Source: an uncultured Lachnospiraceae bacterium
GTDB taxonomy: Bacteria > Bacillota > Clostridia > Lachnospirales > Lachnospiraceae
Assembly: GCA_947593655.1 (NCBI GenBank)
Contig: CANQDS010000001.1
Span: forward strand, 3,081 to 67,080
Length of the DNA stretch: 64,000 nt
Direction of reading: 5' to 3'
Shown: positions 54,566 through 64,000 of the stretch, piece by piece
How positions within the stretch are numbered: the stretch's first letter is position 1
How the letters are laid out: each line of letters starts with the position of its first letter
Notes under the pieces: model-generated
Told to the model about the DNA's origin: nothing
Seen by the model: the letters and a program-made list of their open reading frames with translations, nothing else
The model's database searches: none
Position numbers and translations under genes: made by a program

Positions 54566-56726
54566 GAGATTCCTCCCGGTCATGCAGTTTCTCCTCTCCG
54601 CAGTTTCCTCTCCGTTCTTCCCGCAGCGCGTCTTTGACCGGAGCTCCCTTCTGCTTCTCCGGCAACCCCAGCCGGAATGAAATGACAAAAACCGGATTCT
54701 CCGCCTGCATCATATGATAATTTCCCGCCGTGCGGGAACGGCTGATCTGCACCTGCACGATCTCTTCCTCACAGACCGGGATCTCCTGAAAAATCTGCGG
54801 AATGCTTCCGGCTGTTTCCAGCGTCACTGCCGTCAGGACGACGCGGATTCCGGGAGCCTTTTCGAAAAGCGTAAGCAGAATCTCCTTTAACGCCCCGCCG
54901 CTTCCCCCGATCAATGCATGGGTTGGCGCAGGCAGCCAAGCCAGCGCTTCCGGAGCGGTTCCTTCCACAACCGTTACATTATGCAGGTGAAAGCTCCGGC
55001 AGTTTTCCCGGATCAGTTCCGCCGCTTCCGGCTTCCGCTCGACGGCATAAACCCGGATCCTGCTGCTCCTTGCCGCCACCTCCGCCGCAAAGGAGCCGGT
55101 TCCGCTCCCGATATCGTAAACAACCGCCTGTTCCGTCACTCCCAGTTTGCAGATTGCGATTTCCCGCACCTCTTCTTTGGTCATCGGCACCTGTCCCCGC
55201 AAAAAGCGCTGATCGTTCCATCCATGCGTAACCGGTTTTTCCTGCGGGGCCGGATTTCGGATCAGGCATACATAAAGCCCTTCTTTTGTAAGCGTCCGGC
55301 ATTCCTGCGGCGTATATTCCCGAATGGTCTCCTCCGGATATGACAGCTGATATCCTGCCGTTATACGACAGCGCTCCAGCCTTTCTTCTTCTAAAAGTTG
55401 TCCGATCGCGCAAAGATCCGCCGCGCCGGACAGCAGTACAAAGACCGCTTCCCGATGGAAAACCTCCTCGAGCAGTCTGCCTTTCCAGTACCCGGTATCC
55501 TTTTCCCCGTGGATGCTTATGATCGCGGCATCCTGCCACGGCAGCCCCGCCGCCGCCGCCAGATAGGACACGCAGGAAATTCCGGGGCAGATCTGCACAT
55601 GTTCAATGCCCGCTTTCAAAAGCCCCTGGCGCAGCTTCCTGCAGCCGCTGTAAAATCCCGTATCCCCGGAGAACAAGACTGCCGCCCGAAGATCCCGGCA
55701 GATATTCTCCTGCTGCAGACGCATCAGCTCCGGCAGAATCCGTTCGGCCTGATAATAAGGAAACATCTGCCCGGCAGATACCGGCAGCGCTTTCTGCGCC
55801 GCCGCTAAAACCCGCGGTGCACCAAAGAGAACATCCGCCTCCCGAACCGCCTGTTTTCCTTCTTCCGTCCAGCTTCCGGTTCCGCCCATTCCGATTCCGG
55901 CCAGAGTAACCCGGATCCGTTCTCTGGCACTTTCCTGCAGAACGGCCTGGATTTTTGTTCCCGTAAGGCGTTCCAGCTGTTCCAGAACTTCCGAAAACGA
56001 CAATCCTTCTTCTTTCGGACTTCCGATCACAAAACAGGAGATTCCGAGCGCCTGCGCCGCTTTCTGCTTTTCCCGGAAACCACCGGCAGCGCCGCTCTGC
56101 TTCGTAACAAGACAGGCGATCCGGTATTGCCGAATGAGCGCTTGATTCAGTTCTTCCGTAAACGGTCCCTGCATGGCCAGAATCTGTTTCCCGGCGATGC
56201 CGCATTCTTCACAGATGCGGATGCTCTCTGCGCTCGGAAGCACGCGCACATACAGGCGTTTCCGGACTTCTTCCTCTTTCGCGTAACAGGAAAGTTCCTT
56301 GCTCCCTGTCGTCAGAAGGATATTGCCTCTGACCTCTTTTAACGCATCCGCACACGCCTGCGCTCCGTCAAACCAGCGTTCCCAGCCGCCTGTTTCCCAA
56401 CCGGCGTCCGCGGCGTCTTCCTCACGTTTCAGGCGGAAACAGGGGATCCCGCTGCCCTTTACGCTCTCCCGGATATTTGCGGAGGCTTCTTCGGCAAACG
56501 GATGAGTCGCATCTACAACCGCCAGATAACCGCCGTCCCGGCAGAATCCGCGCATTTCCTCCGCCGTCATCCTGCCCTGGCGCACCGTCGCATGCGCAAG
56601 GTGCGGCATTACCAGTTCCCCGTATTCCGTCGCTACGCAGACCGTACAATCAACCCCGGCCGCCGCCAGGCATTCCGCCAGCCGTTTTCCCTCTGTTGTT
56701 CCTGAATAGATCAATACCGGCTTCAT
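54558..56726 (-). CDS. CbiJ-CbiE-CbiT fusion (precorrin-6A reductase + precorrin-6Y C5/C15 methyltransferases)
   Basis: GTTEG, VDATHPFA, VTKQSG (CbiJ); GIGMG, SGDTGFYSG (CbiE); PMTKEEVR, DIGSGTGS (CbiT). Confidence 0.92.
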   Translation of the reverse strand: MKPVLIYSGTTEGKRLAECLAAAGVDCTVCVATEYGELVMPHLAHATVRQGRMTAEEMRGFCRDGGYLAVVDATHPFAEEASANIRESVKGSGIPCFRLKREEDAADAGWETGGWERWFDGAQACADALKEVRGNILLTTGSKELSCYAKEEEVRKRLYVRVLPSAESIRICEECGIAGKQILAMQGPFTEELNQALIRQYRIACLVTKQSGAAGGFREKQKAAQALGISCFVIGSPKEEGLSFSEVLEQLERLTGTKIQAVLQESARERIRVTLAGIGMGGTGSWTEEGKQAVREADVLFGAPRVLAAAQKALPVSAGQMFPYYQAERILPELMRLQQENICRDLRAAVLFSGDTGFYSGCRKLRQGLLKAGIEHVQICPGISCVSYLAAAAGLPWQDAAIISIHGEKDTGYWKGRLLEEVFHREAVFVLLSGAADLCAIGQLLEEERLERCRITAGYQLSYPEETIREYTPQECRTLTKEGLYVCLIRNPAPQEKPVTHGWNDQRFLRGQVPMTKEEVREIAICKLGVTEQAVVYDIGSGTGSFAAEVAARSSRIRVYAVERKPEAAELIRENCRSFHLHNVTVVEGTAPEALAWLPAPTHALIGGSGGALKEILLTLFEKAPGIRVVLTAVTLETAGSIPQIFQEIPVCEEEIVQVQISRSRTAGNYHMMQAENPVFVISFRLGLPEKQKGAPVKDALREERRGNCGEEKLHDREESHG

Positions 56727-57469
56727 AAGCGGTAACCCCTTTTCGTGACTAGTGCATCCCCGATCATTTCCGATTGGGAATTTCCGATAAAAACGGTCGT
56801 AAACATATTGACCTGCGTCTCCATCAGCTCCCGGAAGGTGCAGATATGCTTTCTGGTTCCTTCCCGCCCGATATTTTCCACATAACCGCAGGGGCGTTCC
56901 GGCTCCACACCGTTTTCCAGAAGCACCCGGCAGGCGCGCCCCAGATAATCCGCACGTTTACGGCTGGACGGATTGTAAAGGGCGATCGCAAAATCTCCGG
57001 CCGCCGCCGCCGCAAGCCGTTTTTCGATCTGCTCCCACGGCGTCAGAAGATCGCTGAGGCTGATTGCGCAGAAGTCATGGTTTAACGGCGCACCCAAAAG
57101 CGCCGCCCCGCTGCTTGCCGCGGTCACCCCCGGAATAACCGTCAGCCGACAGTCCGGATACTGCGGCAAAAGCTCGTACATCAGCGACGCCAGCCCGTAG
57201 ATCCCGGCATCCCCGCTGCACACCAGCGCCGTTTTTTTGCCTTTTTCGGCCTCTTCATAACACATCCGGCAGCGCTTTTCCTCCTGCCGCATCGGCGCAG
57301 AAAGAAATTCCTTACCGGAAAACCGTTCTTTCAGCAGCGACAGATACAGCGGATATCCCACAATGACCTCGCTTTCTTCCAGTGCCTCCGCCGCTTCCTG
57401 TGTCATCGCCGCCCCGCTGCCCGGCCCGATCCCTATGATTTTAATTTCATGCTCCGCTTTCTTCTCCAT
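56723..57469 (-). CDS. cbiH: precorrin-3B C17-methyltransferase
   Basis: IGIGPG, CSGDAGIYG, GAPLNHDF, ISLSDLLTPW, LYNP. Confidence 0.94.
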   Translation of the reverse strand: MEKKAEHEIKIIGIGPGSGAAMTQEAAEALEESEVIVGYPLYLSLLKERFSGKEFLSAPMRQEEKRCRMCYEEAEKGKKTALVCSGDAGIYGLASLMYELLPQYPDCRLTVIPGVTAASSGAALLGAPLNHDFCAISLSDLLTPWEQIEKRLAAAAAGDFAIALYNPSSRKRADYLGRACRVLLENGVEPERPCGYVENIGREGTRKHICTFRELMETQVNMFTTVFIGNSQSEMIGDALVTKRGYRL

Positions 57470-58466
57470 CAAAACAAATACTCCATTTTCTCCGCGCAAG
57501 CGCGACCGTGATCCCGTTTCCCGCCTGCTTTTTCACAACCAGTTCCGCCCCTTCCCCGGCCGCGGCCATCGCCGCGCGTTCGCACACGTTATCAACGCCG
57601 ACCTGTTCCTTTACAAATCCGGAGCTGCTGTATTCGCCCGGCACGTTGAAAAGCTCTTCTTTGGAAAAAGTCAGAAACGGGATGCCATGCTCCGCCGCCC
57701 AGACATTCAGCCCCGGCTCTTCCTTTTTCCGGTCGATCGACGCCAGATAGGCGATGTCTTTGGCTTCGGTCGGAACGGTTCTTTTGATCCAATCCGCAAT
57801 CTCTTCTTTGGTCTTTCCTTTCCGGCATCCGATCCCAAGCACGTAAATCTTCGGTTTCAGGCCAAGAATCCCTTTTTCCAGCGCTTCCGGCTCCTCAGAG
57901 ATCACAAGATCCGTTTCCGGGCCGGGCGGATACGCGGTGCGCTGCAGTTCCCTGCGCCATCCGGTGATCCGAACGCCGGGTTGAACAGATACGGCCGCCT
58001 GTTCGCCGCGGAGCAGCTTTGCGGAAAACTTTGCAATTCCTTCCTTATTAACAATAGTAAGCCGGTTTTTCCGTGCAAAAACATCAACGGCAAATATGCC
58101 GCGTACATCCGTCGCCGTAGTGATCACCGCGGCTGCGCCGCAGCGGTCGGAAATGCGCATTGCCAGTTCATTAGCCCCGCCGACATGGCCGGACAGGATC
58201 GGAATGACAAACCGGCCGGCCTCGTCCAGTACCAGTACCGGACTGTCCGATAATTTATCCCTGACAAACGGCGCGATCGTCCGGACGGCGATCCCGCACG
58301 CCCCGATAAAAACCAGTGCGCTTTTCTCCGAGAAACAGCGCTTCGCCCATTCCTGCAGCGGACATTCCGCTTTGCGGTAAGCGACGGTTTCCGGCTGCCA
58401 CCCGTCGAAAATCCTCTCCGCAAGCATACGCCCCCGCTCCGTAAAGGCTGCCGCTTCAATCTTCAT
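57447..58466 (-). CDS. cbiG: cobalt-precorrin-5A hydrolase
   Basis: GACGIAVRTIAP, PILSGHVGGANELA, VITTATD, GIGCRKG, VCERAA. Confidence 0.94.
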   Translation of the reverse strand: MKIEAAAFTERGRMLAERIFDGWQPETVAYRKAECPLQEWAKRCFSEKSALVFIGACGIAVRTIAPFVRDKLSDSPVLVLDEAGRFVIPILSGHVGGANELAMRISDRCGAAAVITTATDVRGIFAVDVFARKNRLTIVNKEGIAKFSAKLLRGEQAAVSVQPGVRITGWRRELQRTAYPPGPETDLVISEEPEALEKGILGLKPKIYVLGIGCRKGKTKEEIADWIKRTVPTEAKDIAYLASIDRKKEEPGLNVWAAEHGIPFLTFSKEELFNVPGEYSSSGFVKEQVGVDNVCERAAMAAAGEGAELVVKKQAGNGITVALARRKWSICFDGEESGA

Positions 58467-59221
58467 ACCCGTTTTCTCCTGTACTCTGTTTCAAAATCCG
58501 GCGCATACAGCCGCGATCGTTCATAACGGCGGTGCGCAATCGCTTCTCCTACCAGTACGACTGCCGTCTTTGTGATCTGATGCGCTTCCGCCGTTTCCGC
58601 AAGCTCCGATACTTTACAGAGATAAGCCTCTTCTTCCGGCCATGTCGCTTTATAGACCAGCGCCGCCGGCGTATCCGCTTCATAACCGCCCGCGATCAGC
58701 TTTCTGCTCAATTCCCCTAACATTCCTGCGCTGAGATAAACAGCCATCGATGCATGGTGCGCGGCAAGGCTTTCGATCCGCTCCGCTTCCGGAACCGGCG
58801 TTCTGCCTTCCATGCGCGTGATGATCAAAGACTGGGAGATCCCCGGAAGGGTATATTCCAGATTCAACGCCGCAGCCGCGCCGAAACAAGCGCTGACTCC
58901 GGGACAGCTCTCATACAAGATTCCCTTCTGCTCCAGCAGATCCATCTGCTCGCGCACCGCGCCGTAAAGGCTCGGTTCCCCGGTATGCAGCCGGACCGTG
59001 GTTTTTTGTTCCGCTTCCGCCTTTTCGATCACGCCGATCACTTCTTCCAGCGTCATATACGCGCTGTTGTAACGCACGCAGTCCGCTTTTGCATAATCCA
59101 GAAGTTCCGGATTCACCAGCGAACCGGCATAGACGACCACATCCGCCTGCTGCAGAAGGCGCATCCCTCTTACCGTGATCAGATCCGCGGCACCGCTCCC
59201 TGCTCCTACAAAATAAACCAT
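58463..59221 (-). CDS. cbiF: precorrin-4 C11-methyltransferase
   Basis: VYFVGAGSG, YAGSLV, RLHTGEPSLYGAVREQM. Confidence 0.95.
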   Translation of the reverse strand: MVYFVGAGSGAADLITVRGMRLLQQADVVVYAGSLVNPELLDYAKADCVRYNSAYMTLEEVIGVIEKAEAEQKTTVRLHTGEPSLYGAVREQMDLLEQKGILYESCPGVSACFGAAAALNLEYTLPGISQSLIITRMEGRTPVPEAERIESLAAHHASMAVYLSAGMLGELSRKLIAGGYEADTPAALVYKATWPEEEAYLCKVSELAETAEAHQITKTAVVLVGEAIAHRRYERSRLYAPDFETEYRRKRV

Positions 59222-59222
59222 T

Positions 59223-60347
59223 TCAACACTCCTTTATCAGCGCACCCGCGCCTTTGCTCTTTGCCAGTTCCCCGGATTCATTGGAGTACAGAATGCACTC
59301 AATCTGCATCCTCCCTCCGGCCCGGCGGTTCAGATAAAACAGGGCGCGTTCCAAAACATCTGCCATCGCAGCTTCCAGCAGCCCATTTTCCCGCAGAATA
59401 TGCACCGCCTCTTCCGTTACCGTACAGTCCAAGATCTGCCCGAGCACCTCCGTCTGCAGTCCGGCGGTCTTTCCCTGCCGTCTTGCGCCGCGCAGAGCCG
59501 CCGCCGCTAAAAGCTCCATCCGGCAGTCTCCCTCTTTGGAGTGGGTGTTTAAGATTCCTCCGGACAGCTTGATGAGCTTTCCGATGTGCCCGATCAGAAG
59601 CATCCGGGTAAATCCGAGCTCCACCGCCATATCAATGGTATCCCCGATAAAATTGCTGCATTTGACGCTCCGGTTCAGATCGTACCCATACGTCCGCTTC
59701 AAAAATTCCTGCCCGTAGTTTCCCGGTGAAACGGCAAGCACGTTCTGTCCTTCCTCCCGTTTCTGGCGCAGTTCCACATAGACCGCATCCAGAAGCGCCC
59801 GTGAGCTCATCGGCTCCACAATTCCGCTCGTCCCGAGGATCGAGATCCCGCCGACGATCCCGAGCCTTGGATTAAAGGTTTTCTCTGCAAGGCGCTCTCC
59901 TTCCGGCACGGCAATAACGATCCGAAGCCCTCCCGCATGATCGCAGAGTGCACAGACTTCCGAAACTTCCTTCCGGATCATCTCTCTGGGAACATGATTG
60001 ATCGCGGCGGCTCCGACCGGCTGATCCAGCCCCGGCCGTGTCACTGTTCCGACTCCGGCCCCTCCTTCGATCAAAATTCCCTGCCCTTCTTCCTGAATCG
60101 CGGGAAAAGAAACCTCCGCATAGATCCGCGTTCCGGTCGTGACATCCGGATCGTCCCCGCCGTCTTTTTCCACCGCACAGCGCACCATCCGTTCTTCCCT
60201 CCGGATATCCAGGATCTCTGCCGTATACGGGATCCCTCCGGGTGTTTCGATCGTAATCTTATGTTTTTCTCTTCCGGTCAGAAGCATGTACGCCGCCGCT
60301 TTCGCCGCCGCCGCCGCACAGCTTCCTGTTGTAAACCCATACCTCAT
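59223..60347 (-). CDS. cbiD: cobalt-precorrin-5B C1-methyltransferase
   Basis: GFTTGSCAAAAAKAA, KDGGDDPDVT, TFNPRLGIVGGISILGTSGIVEPMS. Confidence 0.96.
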   Translation of the reverse strand: MRYGFTTGSCAAAAAKAAAYMLLTGREKHKITIETPGGIPYTAEILDIRREERMVRCAVEKDGGDDPDVTTGTRIYAEVSFPAIQEEGQGILIEGGAGVGTVTRPGLDQPVGAAAINHVPREMIRKEVSEVCALCDHAGGLRIVIAVPEGERLAEKTFNPRLGIVGGISILGTSGIVEPMSSRALLDAVYVELRQKREEGQNVLAVSPGNYGQEFLKRTYGYDLNRSVKCSNFIGDTIDMAVELGFTRMLLIGHIGKLIKLSGGILNTHSKEGDCRMELLAAAALRGARRQGKTAGLQTEVLGQILDCTVTEEAVHILRENGLLEAAMADVLERALFYLNRRAGGRMQIECILYSNESGELAKSKGAGALIKEC

Positions 60348-60370
60348 GCCGTTTCCTTCATGTCGTTCCC

Positions 60371-61063
60371 TTAGTCCCGTCCGCCGATCCCGTACAGAAG
60401 CGCGTTGCAGACCGCCGCCGCTATATTGCTGCCGCCTTTCCGTCCCCGGTTCACGATGCAGGGCACATCCGTCTGCAGGATCAGCTCTTTCGAAGCCTCC
60501 ACATTCACGAATCCCACCGGGGTACCAATGATAAACGCCGGCGTATAAATCCCTTTCCGGATCATCTCATACAGACAGATCAGCGCCGTCGGCGCATTCC
60601 CGACCGCAAAGATCACCGGTTTTGATATGGACGCGGCTCTTTCCATGCTGACCGCCGCACGGGTAATGCCGCGCGCTTTCGCTTCCGCCGCAACCTCTTC
60701 TTCCGCCATAAAACAATGAACGTTTCCGCCGAACCGCGCAAGCGTTTTCCGGTTGATTCCGGCAAACGCCATATTCGTATCCGTCACGATATCCGCGCCG
60801 TTCCGAATCAGCCGCCGTGCAATCGCGACCGCATCCGGTGAATAAGTCATTGTCTGCGCATAATCAAAATCCGCGCTGGCATGAATCACGCGCTTCGTCA
60901 CATCTTCCTGATCCGCCGGAAGCCGGATCCCGCGCATCGCAAGCTCCTCCCCGATGATCTGGAAACTCCTCGCTTCAATCTCCTCCGGCCGGATATATTC
61001 CACCTCTTCTGCCGCCGCATTCTTATCCTGCTGCATTCCTGCTCTGATTCCATTCTGATTCAT
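60371..61063 (-). CDS. cbiC: precorrin-8X methylmutase (start uncertain, lies in or near the repeat)
   Basis: IEARSFQII, RVIHASADF, GNAPTAL, PVGFVNV, GRKGGS. Confidence 0.93.
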   Translation of the reverse strand: MNQNGIRAGMQQDKNAAAEEVEYIRPEEIEARSFQIIGEELAMRGIRLPADQEDVTKRVIHASADFDYAQTMTYSPDAVAIARRLIRNGADIVTDTNMAFAGINRKTLARFGGNVHCFMAEEEVAAEAKARGITRAAVSMERAASISKPVIFAVGNAPTALICLYEMIRKGIYTPAFIIGTPVGFVNVEASKELILQTDVPCIVNRGRKGGSNIAAAVCNALLYGIGGRD

Positions 61064-61134
61064 TCTAAATTCACTCTGATCTACTCTGATTCATTCTAAA
61101 TTCATTCTAATTCTATTCTAATTCATTCTGATTC
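61041..61134. repeat. 9 degenerate 10-11-bp AT-rich units (ATTCTRATTC) between cobD and cbiC
   Basis: Units counted directly. Confidence 0.85.
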
Positions 61135-61164
61135 TGAAATGCTTACAATTGTTTTAATATATAA

Positions 61165-62244
61165 TTAGGAATTAATTTCTATATCCCTTATTGTATTTAA
61201 AAGGATTTCATTCTCCTCATGCCTTTTTACCGCGATCCGGTAATAACCTTTGGACAATCCGCGGAAACTGCTGCAGTCCCGGATCAGAATTCCCCGTTCC
61301 AGCAGCATTCCATACAACGGATACTCTGTCCGCAGCAGAAGGAAATTGGCATCCCCCGGATACACCTTTAACCACGGAGCCGCCTGCGCCAGCCCGGAAA
61401 GCAGATCGTTTCGCTCCTTTTTGATGTAATCCGGCGTCCGCTGCCGGAAGCCGCATTCCGCCGCCGCCGCAATCCCCGCAGCCTGTGCAAAAACCGACAC
61501 ATTCCATTCCGGAAGCTGAAGCGCGATCCGTTCCCGCAGAATCCGATCCGCGCACAGCAGATAACCCAGCCGCACTCCCGGAAGCGCATACAGTTTGGTA
61601 AACGCCCGCACCACGATCAGATTCGGATATTCTGACAGCGAAGGCACCATGCTCTGTCCTCTTCCGCCCTGAGTAAAATCCAGAAAACATTCATCCAGCA
61701 CAACCCGAATTCCCAGTGTTCTGCAGCGCCCGAGGATTCTTTCCAGCCGTTCTCCGGAAATCCGTTTCCCGGTCGGATTGTTCGGATTTGCCAGAAACAG
61801 CAGGTCGTCATCCCGGTCTAACGCTTCTTCGAGCGCCTCCGTAACCAGAAAATCCTCCTGCTCTGATAATGGGAAAAACCGGATTTCTCCGCCGCCCGCC
61901 TTTGCCGCCCGTTCATACCCATAGAAAGAAGGAACGGGAATCAGCGTCTTTTTCGGGGAAAGCGCATGGACGACTGCCGGAAACAGTTCCGAGGCTCCGT
62001 TTCCGCACAGGATCATCTCCTCCGGCACACCCTCCATCGCAGCAACCGCCTGAATCAGCCGCCCGGAACCGTATTCCGGGTAGCGGGTGCAGTATTGCAG
62101 AGCGTCCGCGATCGCTTCCTGCACCCGCGGCGGAATCCCAAGCGGGTTGATATTTACGGAAAAATCCAGCTTCACCGGATGCCGGTAGACATCTCCTCCA
62201 TGCAGATTCTGTTCTATACAGCTTCGATTCCATTCTGATTTCAT
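61165..62244 (-). CDS. cobD: threonine-phosphate decarboxylase
   Basis: HGGD, DFSVNINPLG, GNGASEL, NPNNPTG, DECF, RAFTKLYALPGVRLGY. Confidence 0.92.
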   Translation of the reverse strand: MKSEWNRSCIEQNLHGGDVYRHPVKLDFSVNINPLGIPPRVQEAIADALQYCTRYPEYGSGRLIQAVAAMEGVPEEMILCGNGASELFPAVVHALSPKKTLIPVPSFYGYERAAKAGGGEIRFFPLSEQEDFLVTEALEEALDRDDDLLFLANPNNPTGKRISGERLERILGRCRTLGIRVVLDECFLDFTQGGRGQSMVPSLSEYPNLIVVRAFTKLYALPGVRLGYLLCADRILRERIALQLPEWNVSVFAQAAGIAAAAECGFRQRTPDYIKKERNDLLSGLAQAAPWLKVYPGDANFLLLRTEYPLYGMLLERGILIRDCSSFRGLSKGYYRIAVKRHEENEILLNTIRDIEINS

Positions 62245-62285
62245 CTCTTCCCTGTCCTTTTTAGACCGCCGGCTTTGGCGGATCC

Positions 62286-63290
62286 TTACGCATATAAGCA
62301 CATCAGCAGAAGCATCACCGCCAGACAGCAGAATTCCCCCAGAAACGCCGTTGCATACATCAGAATATCCGCATACCGGATCGCCTCCTGCGTAACCGGA
62401 CGGACGGCATCTCCAATGTACGGTTTGGAAACCGTTTTCCCGAAATAACTGGCGTCTCCGGCCAGGCGGATTCCCAGACTTCCTGCGCAGACCGCTTCCG
62501 TATGCGCGGAATTCGGGCTGGCATGCTTCCTGCGGTCCCGCCGGTAGATCAAAACAGCCCTCTTTGCATTGTAAACCTTCTTCCCGTCCGCATCATAAAG
62601 AGGAAGAGTGGCAAGAAACACGCTTGCCAAAATCATAAGACCGGCGCTGATCCGTGCCGGAAGGTAATTTACCCAATCGTCCAGCTTTGCCGCCGCCCTT
62701 CCAAAAAAAAGAAAACGTTCATTCTTATAGCCGATCATCGAATCCATGGTATTGACCGCTTTATAGAGAAAACCGAGCACCGGCCCGCCCAGCGCGAGCG
62801 CAAGCATCGGGGCGATCACGCCGTCCGAGGTATTTTCCGCCACGGTTTCCACCGCCGCTTTCGCAACCCCCTCTTCATCCAGTTGTTCCGTATCTCTCCC
62901 CACGATCATGGATACCGCCCAGCGCGCTTCGGGCAGACGTCCCTCCTTCAGGCAGCGGTAAACCGCCATGCTTTCCACCCGCAGGCTTTTCACCGCCAGA
63001 ATCTGCCATGTCATCATGCTTTCTACCGCCGTTCCAAGATATGGATGCAGGAAATAAGCGGCTCCTAAAACTGCCGCGGGCAGAATCCCGGATGCCAGAA
63101 GCACCACCGCCGCCAGCCTCCGGCCACGCACCAGCAGTTCCCGATTCGTCAGACCGCTGCGGTTCCAAGTCCGTTCCAGACGCCCGATCAGACTGCCGAT
63201 CAGCCGGATGGGATGCCAAAAACCATGCGGATCTCCCAGGGCCAGATCGATCACAAAGCCCAGAAAGAACGCTGTAAAATGATAAATCAT
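62286..63290 (-). CDS. cbiB: adenosylcobinamide-phosphate synthase
   Basis: GDP, HPIRLIG, IVGRDT, ETVAENTSDG, NTMDSMIGY, HASPNS. Confidence 0.95.
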   Translation of the reverse strand: MIYHFTAFFLGFVIDLALGDPHGFWHPIRLIGSLIGRLERTWNRSGLTNRELLVRGRRLAAVVLLASGILPAAVLGAAYFLHPYLGTAVESMMTWQILAVKSLRVESMAVYRCLKEGRLPEARWAVSMIVGRDTEQLDEEGVAKAAVETVAENTSDGVIAPMLALALGGPVLGFLYKAVNTMDSMIGYKNERFLFFGRAAAKLDDWVNYLPARISAGLMILASVFLATLPLYDADGKKVYNAKRAVLIYRRDRRKHASPNSAHTEAVCAGSLGIRLAGDASYFGKTVSKPYIGDAVRPVTQEAIRYADILMYATAFLGEFCCLAVMLLLMCLYA

Positions 63291-63889
63291 AATTTATTTT
63301 CTATCTCCAACCGTTTGTTTTCCAGAAAAATTCTGCAAACGTATCCTTTTCCGTTTTCTACTTGATAATCAAAATAATCTCCGCCGCAGCATTCGCTAAG
63401 AAGCGCCATGATCGTGCCGCCATGCACGACCGCCGCAATCGTCGGCACCGCAATGTCTTCTGCCAATTCCGCCAGACAAGCATACAATTTTTCCAGCCCG
63501 GCGATACAGCGTTTCGTAAAATGCGCCCGATCCTCTCCGTTCGGAAACGCCGACGTTCCGCCTCCCGCGATCCAGGCCTGATAATCCGCCCGCTCGGAAA
63601 GCTCCCGATAATTCTTTCCTTCAAAATCACCGAAATCCATTTCCGTCCATTCCGGCACCGTGACGATCGAAGCATCCGGATAGATCAGCTCCGCCGTCTG
63701 CATACAGCGCCGCATGGGGCTTGCAAATACCAGCGCCGCCTTCGGATAAATGCCTTTCTGCACCTGCTTTAAGAGCTCGTCTTTCCCGCTTTCAGAGAGA
63801 TCCTCCTCCGTCTTCCCCAGATAGGCCCGCCGCCTGTTCGAAGGTGTCTGTCCGTGGCGGATCAGTACCAGTCTCCATTCCCGCAGCAT
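63287..63889 (-). CDS. histidine phosphatase, alpha-ribazole-phosphate phosphatase (CobC-like)
   Basis: IRHGQT, SPMRRCMQTA, EMDFGDFEG, HGG; located in the cob operon. Confidence 0.85.
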   Translation of the reverse strand: MLREWRLVLIRHGQTPSNRRRAYLGKTEEDLSESGKDELLKQVQKGIYPKAALVFASPMRRCMQTAELIYPDASIVTVPEWTEMDFGDFEGKNYRELSERADYQAWIAGGGTSAFPNGEDRAHFTKRCIAGLEKLYACLAELAEDIAVPTIAAVVHGGTIMALLSECCGGDYFDYQVENGKGYVCRIFLENKRLEIENKL

Positions 63890-63908
63890 CGTTTCCTCCT
63901 GCTTTCCC

Positions 63909-64000
63909 TTATTTAATCCGCTGGCCGATCCCGCAGATGATCCGCTCCACGCGCCCGGCTTCCGATGCGATCCGGATCAGGAGCCTTCCCAGCCGTTCCC
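63909..64000 (-). CDS. 3' end of a CobU-like adenosylcobinamide kinase/guanylyltransferase (partial)
   Basis: Manual translation ERLGRLLIRIASEAGRVERIICGIGQRIK*. Confidence 0.7.
   Translation of the reverse strand, partial: ERLGRLLIRIASEAGRVERIICGIGQRIK

Noticed and set aside
53153-64000. Cobalamin riboswitch and missing cbiK/cbiL/cbiP
   Set aside because: The operon 5' end lies beyond the window, so absence cannot be judged

Overview
64 kb of core-like chromosome from a motile, spore-forming gut Clostridium. The MVVQHN-type flagellin, spoVT and gene order suggest Lachnospiraceae. Almost all genes are on the minus strand. Left to right: (1) a lower-GC edge (1-2.8 kb) with a frameshifted Rpn/PD-(D/E)XK-like C-terminal remnant behind a good sigma-70 promoter, and a Schlafen/AlbA_2-ATPase-wHTH gene carrying an in-frame double minisatellite; (2) a late flagellar cluster (fliC, flgN/fliT-like, fliS, fliD, flaG, csrA, fliW, flgL, two flgK, flgN, flgM) with three sigma-28 promoters; (3) a ~22 kb sulfate-assimilation block: sulfate ABC transporter, CysDN, AprAB-type APS reductase, small siroheme sulfite reductase, hemALBC/cobA/sirC, a ubiquitin-like sulfur carrier + E1 + JAMM + TusA + Trx/TrxB + MetY + CysK, and an Rrf2 regulator with four putative operator boxes; (4) housekeeping genes (glk, PBP1A, spoVT, aroK/E, DHH-HAD fusion, LTA synthase, radical SAM, membrane MutS-like ATPase, galM) and an orphan sigma-28-driven FliD-like gene; (5) an anaerobic cobalamin (cbi/cob) operon running off the right edge. 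No rRNA, tRNA, CRISPR array or intact mobile element was recognised. The best leads are in the sulfur block: CysK-docking-like Ile tails on both Rrf2 and a long unassigned CysN extension, a read-through sulfur carrier, and a GGA-rich 13-bp array before it. A 17-nt leader motif shared by fliD and flgL is also worth checking. All calls rest on motif recognition by eye; no searches were run.
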